Assembly (NCBI GenBank): GCA_030167145.1
Contig: CP126532.1
Coordinates: 4,470,001-4,502,000, forward strand
Source: Ktedonobacterales bacterium
GTDB taxonomy: Bacteria > Chloroflexota > Ktedonobacteria > Ktedonobacterales > JADMIN01
Reading direction: 5' to 3'
Length of the DNA: 32,000 nucleotides
A program made the position numbers and the translations under genes. Numbering within the stretch: the stretch's first letter is position 1; each line of letters opens with the position of its first letter. The notes beneath the pieces are model-generated. The model searched no databases and was not told the origin of the DNA. It worked only from the letters and a program-made list of their open reading frames with translations. Positions 24,206-32,000 of the stretch are shown here, piece by piece.

Positions 24206-25939
24206 ATGAGCAAGCCGCACGTTCCACACGAGGCAGCCACCACGAGCGATCAGGTGCTACTTCGGGCGTCACGCTTCGTACCTGGCATTGCCTGGATGCG
24301 CGGCTATTCGCGCGCACTCCTGGCGGGCGATTTGCTTGCTGGCGTCACAGTTGCGGCGGTGGTGCTCCCCATCGCGATGGCATATGGTCAGCTTGCCGGC
24401 TTGCCCGCTATCGCTGGCGTTTACGCCAGCCTACTGCCTCTGGTGGCGTATGCGTTCTTTGGCTCGTCACGGCAGCTCATGCTCGGCCCAGATACCTCCA
24501 CGGCGGCGCTCGTCGCGGCGACCATCGCGCCGCTGGCCGCAGGCGATGGTGAGCGCTACGCGGCGCTCGCGGCACTGCTGGCGTTGCTGACCGGAGCGCT
24601 GTGTGTGGTTGGGGGAGTAGTCCGCCTCGGTTTCGTGGCGGATTTCCTCTCGAAGCCGATTCTCGTAGGCTACATCAATGGATTAGCGCTTAGTGTCATT
24701 GCCAGCCAGCTCGGCAAGGTGTTTGGCATTTCGTTTCGGTCAAGCTCTTTTCTCGACCAGCTTGGAGAATTGCTCTCGAAACTACCGCAGACGAACTGGC
24801 TGTCGCTGGCTATTGGCATCGGCGTGCTGGCGACGGTGCTGCTGTTGCGCCGATTCGCGCCGCGCGTGCCAGGGCCGCTGATCGCGGTTATCGGAGCAAC
24901 CCTGGTCGTGGGCATATTCAACCTCGACACACATGGCGTCGCCACCGTCGGTGCGATTCCCCCTGGTCTCCCCGCGCTTCAGTTTCCTGCTGTCACGCTG
25001 AGCGACGCGAGCACATTGTTGCCTGCAGCCGCTGGTATCGTCCTCGTCACGTTCTCTGACGCCATCCTCAACGCCCGAACCTTTGCCGCACGCAATGGCT
25101 ATGAGATCAACGCGAATCAAGAGTTCATTGGTTTGGGCGTTGCCGACCTCTCCGCTGGCATCTCGCAGGGATTCCCCGTCAGTGGCAGCGGCACGCGTAC
25201 CGCTGTCAATGAAGCCGCTGGCGGCAAGACACAGCTTGTTGGCATCGTCGCGGCATGTTCCCTGGCGGTCATTCTCCTGTTTTTGACTGCGCCGCTGAGC
25301 AAGTTTCCAAACGCGGCGCTGGGCGCGGTATTGATCGCCGCGACGCTCAGCCTGATTGATATCCCTACCATGTTCCACCTCTACCACATACGTAAGACCG
25401 AATTTGCCATTGCTGTGGTGACGATGTTGGGTGTGCTCACGACTGGCCTGCTAGAGAGCATTGTGCTCGCGATTGGCTTGTCCCTGGTGTTGCTGCTGGC
25501 GCGAACCGTGCGTCCGCACGACGCGGTATTGGGCCATGTCCGTGGCCTGGATGGATTCCACGATGTCGGCGATTACCCTGGCAGTGAGACGGTTCCTGGC
25601 CTGATTGTCTACAGATTTGATGCGCCGCTCTTCTTCGCCAACGCACACTTCTTCAGAAACCGCGTGCGACTTCTGATCGCTGAGGCCGATGCGCATGTTG
25701 AGTGGATGATCCTCGATGCCGAGGCCATTACCGACATGGATTCCACTGCCGTAGAAATACTCGCCGCCGTGCAAAGCGAACTGGCGGGCGCCGACATCAT
25801 CCTGGCCGTTGCCCGCGCGAAGCGTCATCTGCGCGACATTTTCGACCATACCGGCCTGACGGCGGCCATCGGCGAGCGGTACTTCTTTCCCTCGATCAGG
25901 ACCGCCGTGGGCGCATTTCTCACGCGCGCCACGATGTGA
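24206..25939 (+). CDS. SulP-family anion (sulfate/bicarbonate) transporter with C-terminal STAS domain
   Basis: N-terminal GYSRALLAGDLLAGVTVAAVVLPIAMAYGQLAGLP and FFGSSRQLMLGPDT motifs. C-terminal STAS-like LIVYRFDAPLFFANAHFF...ILDAEAITDMDSTAVEIL. ATG at 24206 with GAGGGA at 24192-24197. Confidence 0.9.
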   Translation: MSKPHVPHEAATTSDQVLLRASRFVPGIAWMRGYSRALLAGDLLAGVTVAAVVLPIAMAYGQLAGLPAIAGVYASLLPLVAYAFFGSSRQLMLGPDTSTAALVAATIAPLAAGDGERYAALAALLALLTGALCVVGGVVRLGFVADFLSKPILVGYINGLALSVIASQLGKVFGISFRSSSFLDQLGELLSKLPQTNWLSLAIGIGVLATVLLLRRFAPRVPGPLIAVIGATLVVGIFNLDTHGVATVGAIPPGLPALQFPAVTLSDASTLLPAAAGIVLVTFSDAILNARTFAARNGYEINANQEFIGLGVADLSAGISQGFPVSGSGTRTAVNEAAGGKTQLVGIVAACSLAVILLFLTAPLSKFPNAALGAVLIAATLSLIDIPTMFHLYHIRKTEFAIAVVTMLGVLTTGLLESIVLAIGLSLVLLLARTVRPHDAVLGHVRGLDGFHDVGDYPGSETVPGLIVYRFDAPLFFANAHFFRNRVRLLIAEADAHVEWMILDAEAITDMDSTAVEILAAVQSELAGADIILAVARAKRHLRDIFDHTGLTAAIGERYFFPSIRTAVGAFLTRATM

Positions 25940-26019
25940 TATGGTGCAGAGGGCCGCTCGTCAACGACTTTGACTTTGAGCCGTTCGATCAGGTGCGAGG
26001 AGCGTAAGGGGAGCGAAAT

Positions 26020-26889
26020 ATGAGTGTTGAGCAATTGGACGACTCGGCCGTCACCGCCGCTGAGGTGCGGGCGGGTGGGTCTGTGTTGCCTGCCTCTGGT
26101 GGACCACCGCTATGGCTGATACTTGCGCTTGCCGCCGCCTATGTCGTTGCGCTGGCGGCACTGGCATTCTTGCCGGGCGCCACATTGATCGAGCGGCTTC
26201 GTGCGCTCGATGGTGGTATCTGCGCCCAGGCGCCCAGCCATTCGTTCTTCCCTGGTGGACAGCAACTACCGCTCTGCTCACGCAACACCGGAATTTACAC
26301 GGGCTTCGCCGCTACATTCCTCACGCTATGGTTCACAGGGCGTTTGCGTGCCTCGCGATTCCCCGGACGTTGGGTGATCGTGGTGCTAGCTGTTGCTGTG
26401 CTCTTCATGGCGGAAGACGGCTTCAACTCGATGTTTCTTGATCTTGGGCTGCCGCATTTCTACCAGCCACATAATCTGTTGCGGCTCGCTTCTGGCCTGG
26501 GCACGGGCGTCGCGATGTGCGCTTTCATTGTCCCTGTCGCGAACACCCTTATCTGGCGCAACGAGGATGAACGGTCTGTCTTTTCCTCTTTGCGCCAGCT
26601 TGCCGTGATGGCGCCAGTATTATTGCTGATCTTTCTGATGCTGGCGGTGTGGTCGCAGGCGGCGGTGCTGCTCTATCCCATTGCACTGTTCAGCACGGCG
26701 GGGTTGGTGATGGCGCTCTCGCTGGTCAATCTCGTCTTCGTGCTGGGTATCAGCAGCCGCGTTGGGCGGTTTGCGATGTGGCGGCAATTCTTTCCATTTT
26801 TTACGCTCGCGTTGGTTTTTGCTGTAGTCGAATTGCTGGCCCTGTTTGCGCTAAAATCATCTTTGATGCACACTCTGGGCATGGCCTGA
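26020..26889 (+). CDS. DUF2085-family integral membrane protein
   Basis: Motif ICAQAPSHSFFPGGQQLPLCSRNTGIYTGF corresponds to the DUF2085 CHQ...SF...P.CARCTGIY core. Multiple TM helices. RBS AGGGGAG lies upstream of ATG 26020. Confidence 0.7.
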   Translation: MSVEQLDDSAVTAAEVRAGGSVLPASGGPPLWLILALAAAYVVALAALAFLPGATLIERLRALDGGICAQAPSHSFFPGGQQLPLCSRNTGIYTGFAATFLTLWFTGRLRASRFPGRWVIVVLAVAVLFMAEDGFNSMFLDLGLPHFYQPHNLLRLASGLGTGVAMCAFIVPVANTLIWRNEDERSVFSSLRQLAVMAPVLLLIFLMLAVWSQAAVLLYPIALFSTAGLVMALSLVNLVFVLGISSRVGRFAMWRQFFPFFTLALVFAVVELLALFALKSSLMHTLGMA

Positions 26890-26990
26890 TGGGGTTGTGG
26901 CACGCAGTCTGCGAGGAAGCAACGGATAGCGAAATATCCGCTCTGCCCACTGGATCAGCGATTTATATGGCCTTATTCAGTGGGTATTCC

Positions 26991-27019
26991 TTGCCGGGCG
27001 CAGAGCCATGGGTTATACT
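26991..27019 (+). promoter_or_regulatory. Putative sigma-70-type promoter TTGCCG-17nt-TATACT
   Basis: TTGCCG at 26991-26996, 17-nt spacer, TATACT at 27014-27019, about 70 nt upstream of ATG 27088. Confidence 0.35.
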
Positions 27020-27087
27020 GATGCCACAGCGTGTCCGCTGTCCGCGCGCGATCATGTAGGGATCGTTCCTTCGGCGGGGGGTAGCAT

Positions 27088-27561
27088 ATGCCCAACAAAT
27101 ATCAGCGCGAGATCGAAGAAATTCTCCGCAATATGGAGCGCACCGAACCGCGCCAGGGACTCGGCGACCGCGTGCGCGCCTTCAATCGCCCACGCGAGCG
27201 TGCGCCACGTGCTCCGCGCCTCTCGCTCACTCGCGTAGAAGTCTTATATATAGTTGGCATTGCGCTCATCATGATTGCCGCTGGTCTTACCTTCTACGCC
27301 TCAGGTCAGTTCTTCATCTTCGAGACCATTCCGCTCTCTGGTATTCTGGCGGTGCTTGGCTTTATTACGTTGGTTTTGGGGCTTTTGCTCGGCTGGCGAG
27401 AGCGCGTGGGCGGCCCAAGCCCATCGCGGCCAGCTCCATGGCGGAACAATGTGGTAGAGATGACACCACGCCGTGGACCATTCAGCGCCATCTCCACCCA
27501 GTTCCGCATCATGCGCCTGAAACTTCGTTACCGGCGCATGCGCGGCCACGGCGATGAGTAG
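27088..27561 (+). CDS. Hypothetical two-TM membrane protein with basic N- and C-terminal tails
   Basis: ATG at 27088 preceded by GGGGGG. Gene-like codon usage. Two hydrophobic helices (VLYIVGIALIMIAAGLTFYA; GILAVLGFITLVLGLLLGW). No family recognised. Confidence 0.6.
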   Translation: MPNKYQREIEEILRNMERTEPRQGLGDRVRAFNRPRERAPRAPRLSLTRVEVLYIVGIALIMIAAGLTFYASGQFFIFETIPLSGILAVLGFITLVLGLLLGWRERVGGPSPSRPAPWRNNVVEMTPRRGPFSAISTQFRIMRLKLRYRRMRGHGDE

Positions 27562-27633
27562 TGAATGCATGTACTCGGGTGAGATTCTTATCCGACTCTG
27601 AAGGCCATTTCGCTCGCCGCGCCTTGAACCGCC

Positions 27634-28758
27634 TCATCGTGAATCGAAACGGCTGAGCCGGAAACGCTCTAGTGGGAAATCGGGTGGCTCGCTGAGAGCG
27701 AGTTTCGTCAAAAGCTCGCCGATGAGAATGCCGAATTTGAACCCGTGGCCGGAAAAGCCGGAACTGATGAGCACCCCAGCACCGCCAGGATGCGTGTCGA
27801 GGATGAAGTCTTCTTCGGGGCTGACATCATACATACAACGGTCGGTGAGGGCAAGAGGGGCATCTGCCGCTTCGGGGATGACGCGACGCAGGAAGGCGCG
27901 AACCGCAGCGACTTCGTCCATATCTGGCGCATAGCCCTCATTAGGGTCAACGGCAGCGCCGAAGGTATGGCAGCCAGCTTTCAGCCACCCAGGGCCATGC
28001 AGCGGAAAGCCGTAGTATTCCATACCCACGAGGAAAACCGGGAACACGCCGACTCCGAAACGTCCGGCAGGCAGACCATCGAAATAGCAGACTTGCTGGC
28101 GGGTGGGCCGAATGGGCAGACGCAAGCCCGGCAGCACATCATGAATCCATGGCCCGGCGGTGACAATCACATAGTCAGCGTCATGGGTTGTGCCGTCTTC
28201 CAGGGTTACGCGACCACTCGTGCCGTTCGGCTCGACGCGCGTTACACGCATGCCCTCGCGCAGGGCGCCACCTTGCGCGCGCAGGCGGTCCGCCAGCGCA
28301 TACAAGCATTCAGTGGCATGGAGCATACCCCCAATAGGATTGTAGGTGATCGCGGTATAGTCGTCGGGAATGAATTGGGGAAAGCGGCTGCGGCACTCCG
28401 CTGGTGTGAGCCGCTCCACAGGTAATTCGGCGGCGCGCATCACGTCATAGCCTGGGAGGGTGTGGCCGTCATCCTGCTGGCCGAGGGTCAGCACGCCGGT
28501 TTCAGTGTAGAGGTGATGGTGCGTTTCACGAGCCAGATTATCCCAGAGCACGAGGCTACGGGCGACCATCTGGGTATAGATAGCCTCAGCGCCGTACTCA
28601 TGGCGGATTGCCCGCGAAAGGCCGTGCGACGAAGCCCATTCATGTGCCACTGTGAAGCGTTCGAATACGATGACATCCGCGCCGCGCGCCGCGAACGCGC
28701 ACGCGGCAGACATCCCCATGACACCGCCGCCAACCACGATCACTGTTGGGTTTGCCAT
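27634..28758 (-). CDS. Monomeric sarcosine oxidase / N-methyl-amino-acid oxidase-like FAD flavoenzyme (MSOX/SolA family)
   Basis: ATG at 28758 with GAGGAA 8 nt upstream. Dinucleotide-binding VIVVGGGVMGMSAACAFAARG. C-terminal DRCMYDVSPEEDFILD...SGFSGHGFKF matches the MSOX region that carries the covalent-FAD cysteine. The track start at 28887 overlaps the upstream gene. Confidence 0.85.
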   Translation of the reverse strand: MANPTVIVVGGGVMGMSAACAFAARGADVIVFERFTVAHEWASSHGLSRAIRHEYGAEAIYTQMVARSLVLWDNLARETHHHLYTETGVLTLGQQDDGHTLPGYDVMRAAELPVERLTPAECRSRFPQFIPDDYTAITYNPIGGMLHATECLYALADRLRAQGGALREGMRVTRVEPNGTSGRVTLEDGTTHDADYVIVTAGPWIHDVLPGLRLPIRPTRQQVCYFDGLPAGRFGVGVFPVFLVGMEYYGFPLHGPGWLKAGCHTFGAAVDPNEGYAPDMDEVAAVRAFLRRVIPEAADAPLALTDRCMYDVSPEEDFILDTHPGGAGVLISSGFSGHGFKFGILIGELLTKLALSEPPDFPLERFRLSRFDSR

Positions 28759-28781
28759 TGCTGTAGTTCCTCGTTTGTCTT

Positions 28782-29807
28782 CTAAAGATTCAGCGCCGCG
28801 CGTAAATCTTGGGCTGCTGCTTCGGGTGTACGCACCATGAAATGCTCGCCGTAGAGGTGCTGCAATGCGCTGGTATCCGTGCCCCAAATACGCGGCGTCA
28901 TATAGACACGCGGCGAAATGCGCGCATGCACGCGGAAGTCTTCGCGGTCAGGTGTGGCTGAGAAGAGCGCCAGGTTAAAGCTGTATATGCCTTGCGTCTC
29001 GAAATGGCGCAGCGTCTGGCCAAGGCCGATACAGAACTCGGCAATGTCGGCCTCGGTGAGCGCAGTGGCTGTGCGCCGCTCTGGGAAAATCACCAATGTA
29101 TCGGCGAGCAGGCTTTGCGAAACGAATGAGGTTAACCAAACGGTGTGGCTGCCACGCGCAATGAAGCGCTCGCCGAGTTGCACCTCTTCATGGACGAGAT
29201 CATTCCAGTAGGGGCGGCCTTCGCTCTGGTAGTAGCGCAAGCCGGCGGCTAGTTCATCTTCGAGCGCATTGCCAGGGGTATCGGTGACGAAAGCTTGCAG
29301 GTGGGGGTGAATCTGCGTGCCGCCGGAGGCGGGCAAGTAGTTCCAGAAGATGAGCGCGTAGGGGGTATCAGACAGGCGTTGGACAGCGCGAAAGTAGTCC
29401 AGGCAGGCCGCAAATGAGTCGCGCAGAATGGGGTCGCTGAAGCCGGAGAGCGGGACGTAGTGTTCATGTGTCATGGCTACGACGGCGCTATGCTGGTCAT
29501 ACGGGGCAAGATTGGGAAAGACCACAGCTTCTCCGCAGTGTATGCGCCCTTCGGGGACAATCTCGGCAGGGAAGCGCGGGGTGACGGAGAGTATGCGCTC
29601 CGGACAGAAGGGACAGTGGTGACGCGAGGCTTCGATCATCGGCGCGAAATCTACAGGATGCAAGCGGAAACCCAGAACGTGGGCGACACGCCCGCTGTGG
29701 CCGGTAAGTGGATCGCGCCGAAGCTCGCAGGTGATGCCGTGTTCTTCGCCAGTCTGAGCGTCCACATAGCGCGCGACTTTCTCGCGCCGCTCGAATTGAA
29801 TCGGCAT
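28782..29807 (-). CDS. GalT-like nucleotidyltransferase/phosphorylase of the HIT superfamily (galactose-1-phosphate uridylyltransferase family)
   Basis: CPFCPE zinc motif and the active-site-like SGGTQIHPHLQAF (HxHxQ). ATG at 29807 with AGGAG 9 nt upstream. The track uses an upstream TTG at 29834. Confidence 0.75.
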   Translation of the reverse strand: MPIQFERREKVARYVDAQTGEEHGITCELRRDPLTGHSGRVAHVLGFRLHPVDFAPMIEASRHHCPFCPERILSVTPRFPAEIVPEGRIHCGEAVVFPNLAPYDQHSAVVAMTHEHYVPLSGFSDPILRDSFAACLDYFRAVQRLSDTPYALIFWNYLPASGGTQIHPHLQAFVTDTPGNALEDELAAGLRYYQSEGRPYWNDLVHEEVQLGERFIARGSHTVWLTSFVSQSLLADTLVIFPERRTATALTEADIAEFCIGLGQTLRHFETQGIYSFNLALFSATPDREDFRVHARISPRVYMTPRIWGTDTSALQHLYGEHFMVRTPEAAAQDLRAALNL

Positions 29808-29914
29808 AGATACTGGCTCCTGGTTAGTGAGCAAACAGAGCGTATTACCGCCTATTCTCGCTGGCTCTTTCTGCTCATTCTACATCGCCCTGTCTCGTTG
29901 GCGTGCCACGTAGT

Positions 29915-30769
29915 TCAGGCGCTCCAAAGATCGCGGGCCAGAAGCGTTTGCTTCAGCAGCATCAAATTGGTAAGCTGGCCGACACCACCGGGGACCGGCG
30001 TGATCGCTCCCGCCACTTCAACGACGCTGGCGAAATCTACATCACCAGTGATGCTGCCGTCGTCACGGACGTTGATGCCGACGTCAATGACTACAGCGCC
30101 AGGTTTGACCATCGCGCCGGTGATGAGGCCGGCTTTACCCGCGGCGACGACCAGCACATCGGCCTGAAGAGTCCACGCGGCAAGGTCGCGCGTGTAGATG
30201 TGGCACGTCGTGACGGTGGCATCGCGGTGGAGCAGCAGAAATGAGAGCGGCTTGCCAACAACATTGCTGGCGCCCACGACGACAGCACGGCGGCTGACCA
30301 GTGGAATCTGGCAGCGGTCGAGGATTTCGAGCACCGCGGCGCATGTAGATGGGACGAAACTGGGCAGCTTGAGGAAGAGGTTGCCCGCGCTTCGCAGGCT
30401 GATGCCATCCACATCTTTGCGTGGATCAATCGTCTGAGCGATGGTGGCGGGTGAGAGATGCGGTGGCAATGGAAGCTGGGTGAGGATGCCCTGCACACTG
30501 TCGTCGGCGTTGAGCGCTTCGAGGCAGCTTCGCAGACCATCGTCGTCTACATCGGCGGGAAGGGCGAGGGCCGTGGCCACAACACCGATCTTCTGGGCAG
30601 CGCGTTGCAGCGACTGCGTGTAGACCGCTGAGGCGGGGTCATCGCCTGCGCGCACAATCGCCAGACCGGCAGGGTGGCCGTGGCGCTGCTCGTGGTCCTG
30701 GGCAAGCAGGGCGAGATCATGACGTACATCGCGTGCGATGCGCTTTCCGTCGAGGATGGTGGCCGTCAT
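29915..30769 (-). CDS. folD: Bifunctional 5,10-methylene-THF dehydrogenase / 5,10-methenyl-THF cyclohydrolase
   Basis: MTATILDGKRIARDV...LAIVRAGDDPASAVYTQSLQRAAQKIG...VVVGASNVVGKPLSFLLL...PVPGGVGQLT is a full-length FolD pattern. Confidence 0.95.
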   Translation of the reverse strand: MTATILDGKRIARDVRHDLALLAQDHEQRHGHPAGLAIVRAGDDPASAVYTQSLQRAAQKIGVVATALALPADVDDDGLRSCLEALNADDSVQGILTQLPLPPHLSPATIAQTIDPRKDVDGISLRSAGNLFLKLPSFVPSTCAAVLEILDRCQIPLVSRRAVVVGASNVVGKPLSFLLLHRDATVTTCHIYTRDLAAWTLQADVLVVAAGKAGLITGAMVKPGAVVIDVGINVRDDGSITGDVDFASVVEVAGAITPVPGGVGQLTNLMLLKQTLLARDLWSA

Positions 30770-30816
30770 ACGTCACGCCTTTCTGTTCGGCGGCTGGGCA
30801 CGGATGAGATCGTGCA

Positions 30817-31446
30817 TCAAACACCCATACGGATGTGGACGGCGGCCATGGTGCGTTCACGGAGCGCCTCGGCGCGTTCTTCGAGCGCAGCCATCTTCGC
30901 GCGTGCCGTGCTGGCCGCGTCCGCGTCGCGCAGCAGCACGATATTGGCCAGCACGTTCAAGCCAGCCGCACGGACGGCGGCCTCACCGAGCAATGCGGCG
31001 CAACCGGCATCGCTAGCGACAGTTGGATTACCCGCCGCTGCCAGCTCACTGGCGGCTTCCAGCACGTCGCAGGCACGCTCCATCACACGTAGTGGCGGGC
31101 GCATCGCGCCTTGCAATGCGCCCTGAATCGCGTCCTCGCGGTCAGTTTGCTCATCGCTGGTGGCTTTGGGGAGCTTATAGGCGGCGGAGACAGCCGCAAA
31201 CGCGCGAGCATCTTCCTCAATCAGCGCGAGCAGGTCAGCGCGTGCGCTGACAAGCGCATCTACGGCGGCACGCATGCTGTCTTCAACGGCCTGGAACTTC
31301 GGGCGACCTACGGTAAATCGCCCGACCATCTCGGCGCACGCGGCAGCAAGTGCGCCAGCGAGTGCGCAGGCGGCGCCACCGCCGGGAGCGGGCGCGGCAG
31401 AGCCAAGGGCATCGAGGAAATTCGTGATCGAGTCTTCGGCTGGCAT
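30817..31446 (-). CDS. Cyclodeaminase/cyclohydrolase family protein (FTCD C-terminal domain / methenyl-THF cyclohydrolase-like)
   Basis: N-terminal FLDALGSAAPAPGGGAACALAGALAAACAEMV and an all-helical Ala-rich body typical of the formiminotransferase-cyclodeaminase C-domain family. It lies immediately upstream of folD on the same strand. Confidence 0.8.
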   Translation of the reverse strand: MPAEDSITNFLDALGSAAPAPGGGAACALAGALAAACAEMVGRFTVGRPKFQAVEDSMRAAVDALVSARADLLALIEEDARAFAAVSAAYKLPKATSDEQTDREDAIQGALQGAMRPPLRVMERACDVLEAASELAAAGNPTVASDAGCAALLGEAAVRAAGLNVLANIVLLRDADAASTARAKMAALEERAEALRERTMAAVHIRMGV

Positions 31447-31568
31447 GAACTGGTATGTCCTTCATGGCGAATTGAGCGTGAGATGTTCCCAAACCGACGC
31501 TATTGTATCACCTGGCTTTGTGCGCCCATAGGTCACAAAAGCTGGCGAGAATACATGAGTTTGTGGTT

Positions 31569-32000
31569 ATGTATTCCCTTATGGGGGCGAACAAGGCAAT
31601 GCGCGAGGCCGTTACATCTCAGGCGGCACAACACGATACGGCGCTTACGGCGAAGGTAGCGCGCATCTACGCGCTGCTGGTGGATACATATGGTGTGCCG
31701 CCGTGGGAGCCGAGTGGTGACGCACTGGGTGAACTGGTGGCGACCATTCTCTCGCAGCATACGTCCGATGTGAATTCGGAGCGAGCCTACGCGCAATTGC
31801 GTACACGATTCGCCACGTGGGAGGCGGTTCGCGATGCGCCAGTCGCTGAGGTGGAAGATGCTATTCGGTCGGGAGGGCTGGCGCAGCAAAAGGCTGAACG
31901 CATTCAGCGGATACTGCGGCTGCTCTCCGAGCAGATGGGTGACGCCCCGTTGACGTTGGATGTGCTGAATGCGCTGCCGCTGGAAGATGCGCTGGCCTAT
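31569..32000 (+). CDS. HhH-GPD superfamily base-excision DNA glycosylase (endonuclease III-like), 5' part, runs off the window end
   Basis: Not in the ORF track because no stop falls within the window. The frame is open from 31482. ATG candidates are at 31569 and 31581. Translation ...YGVPPWEPSGDALGELVATILSQHTSDVNSERAYAQLRTRFATWEAVRDAPVAEVEDAIRSGGLAQQKAERIQRILRLL matches the Nth/EndoIII-like N-terminal helices. Confidence 0.8.
   Translation, partial: MYSLMGANKAMREAVTSQAAQHDTALTAKVARIYALLVDTYGVPPWEPSGDALGELVATILSQHTSDVNSERAYAQLRTRFATWEAVRDAPVAEVEDAIRSGGLAQQKAERIQRILRLLSEQMGDAPLTLDVLNALPLEDALAY

Noticed and set aside
31447-31568. ZTP (pfl) or other folate/purine riboswitch upstream of the cyclodeaminase-folD cluster. 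The region contains a CTGGCGA element and an 8-bp bulged stem (31515-31522 / 31534-31542).
   Set aside because: The conserved ZTP elements (GGGUCGUGACUGGCG-type 5' subdomain together with the CCGCCUGGGC 3' subdomain) are not present on the strand that would be transcribed towards the cluster. Only a generic hairpin remains. An Infernal/Rfam scan would be the decisive test.
1-32000. Mobile elements, prophage, genomic island or defence system (restriction-modification, toxin-antitoxin, Cas, abortive infection and similar)
   Set aside because: I found no transposase, integrase, recombinase, tRNA attachment site, terminal inverted repeats, nuclease/helicase/methylase defence-type combination or sharp compositional break. 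The gene content is core housekeeping plus ordinary membrane and transport functions.

Overview
This is a high-GC bacterial chromosomal segment. The protein styles suggest a Chloroflexota-like organism, but that is inference only. I call 26 protein-coding genes, two of them truncated by the window edges, and almost all are housekeeping or ordinary accessory metabolism. They include: a 14-repeat beta-propeller lipoprotein; a YdbT-like double-bPH membrane protein with a C-terminal PASTA domain; hydantoinase/oxoprolinase subunits A and B split by a PsiE-like membrane protein gene; priA; a YihY-family protein; an APH-like kinase; a SAM methyltransferase; pterin-4a-carbinolamine dehydratase; secA; an ABC ATPase with a fused permease; ccdA; a SulP/STAS transporter; a DUF2085 protein; a minus-strand cluster of cyclodeaminase-family protein, folD, GalT-like HIT enzyme and sarcosine-oxidase-like flavoenzyme; and the 5' part of an endonuclease-III-like gene. 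I found no rRNA, tRNA, CRISPR array, transposase, integrase, phage gene or recognisable defence system. Long antisense ORFs in the track are high-GC shadow ORFs. The one region the gene list does not explain is about 0.9 kb of non-coding DNA (about 5.2-6.07 kb) upstream of hyuA. It is built almost entirely from exact and near-exact short direct repeats with a CGGC core, mostly phased every 9 bp. A consensus-like promoter and a strong hairpin precede it. It is C-rich and G-poor on the + strand and has no stop trinucleotide in any of the three forward frames for 865 nt. I cannot assign it to a known element class, and it is the best candidate here for something undescribed. The remaining findings are of modest interest.
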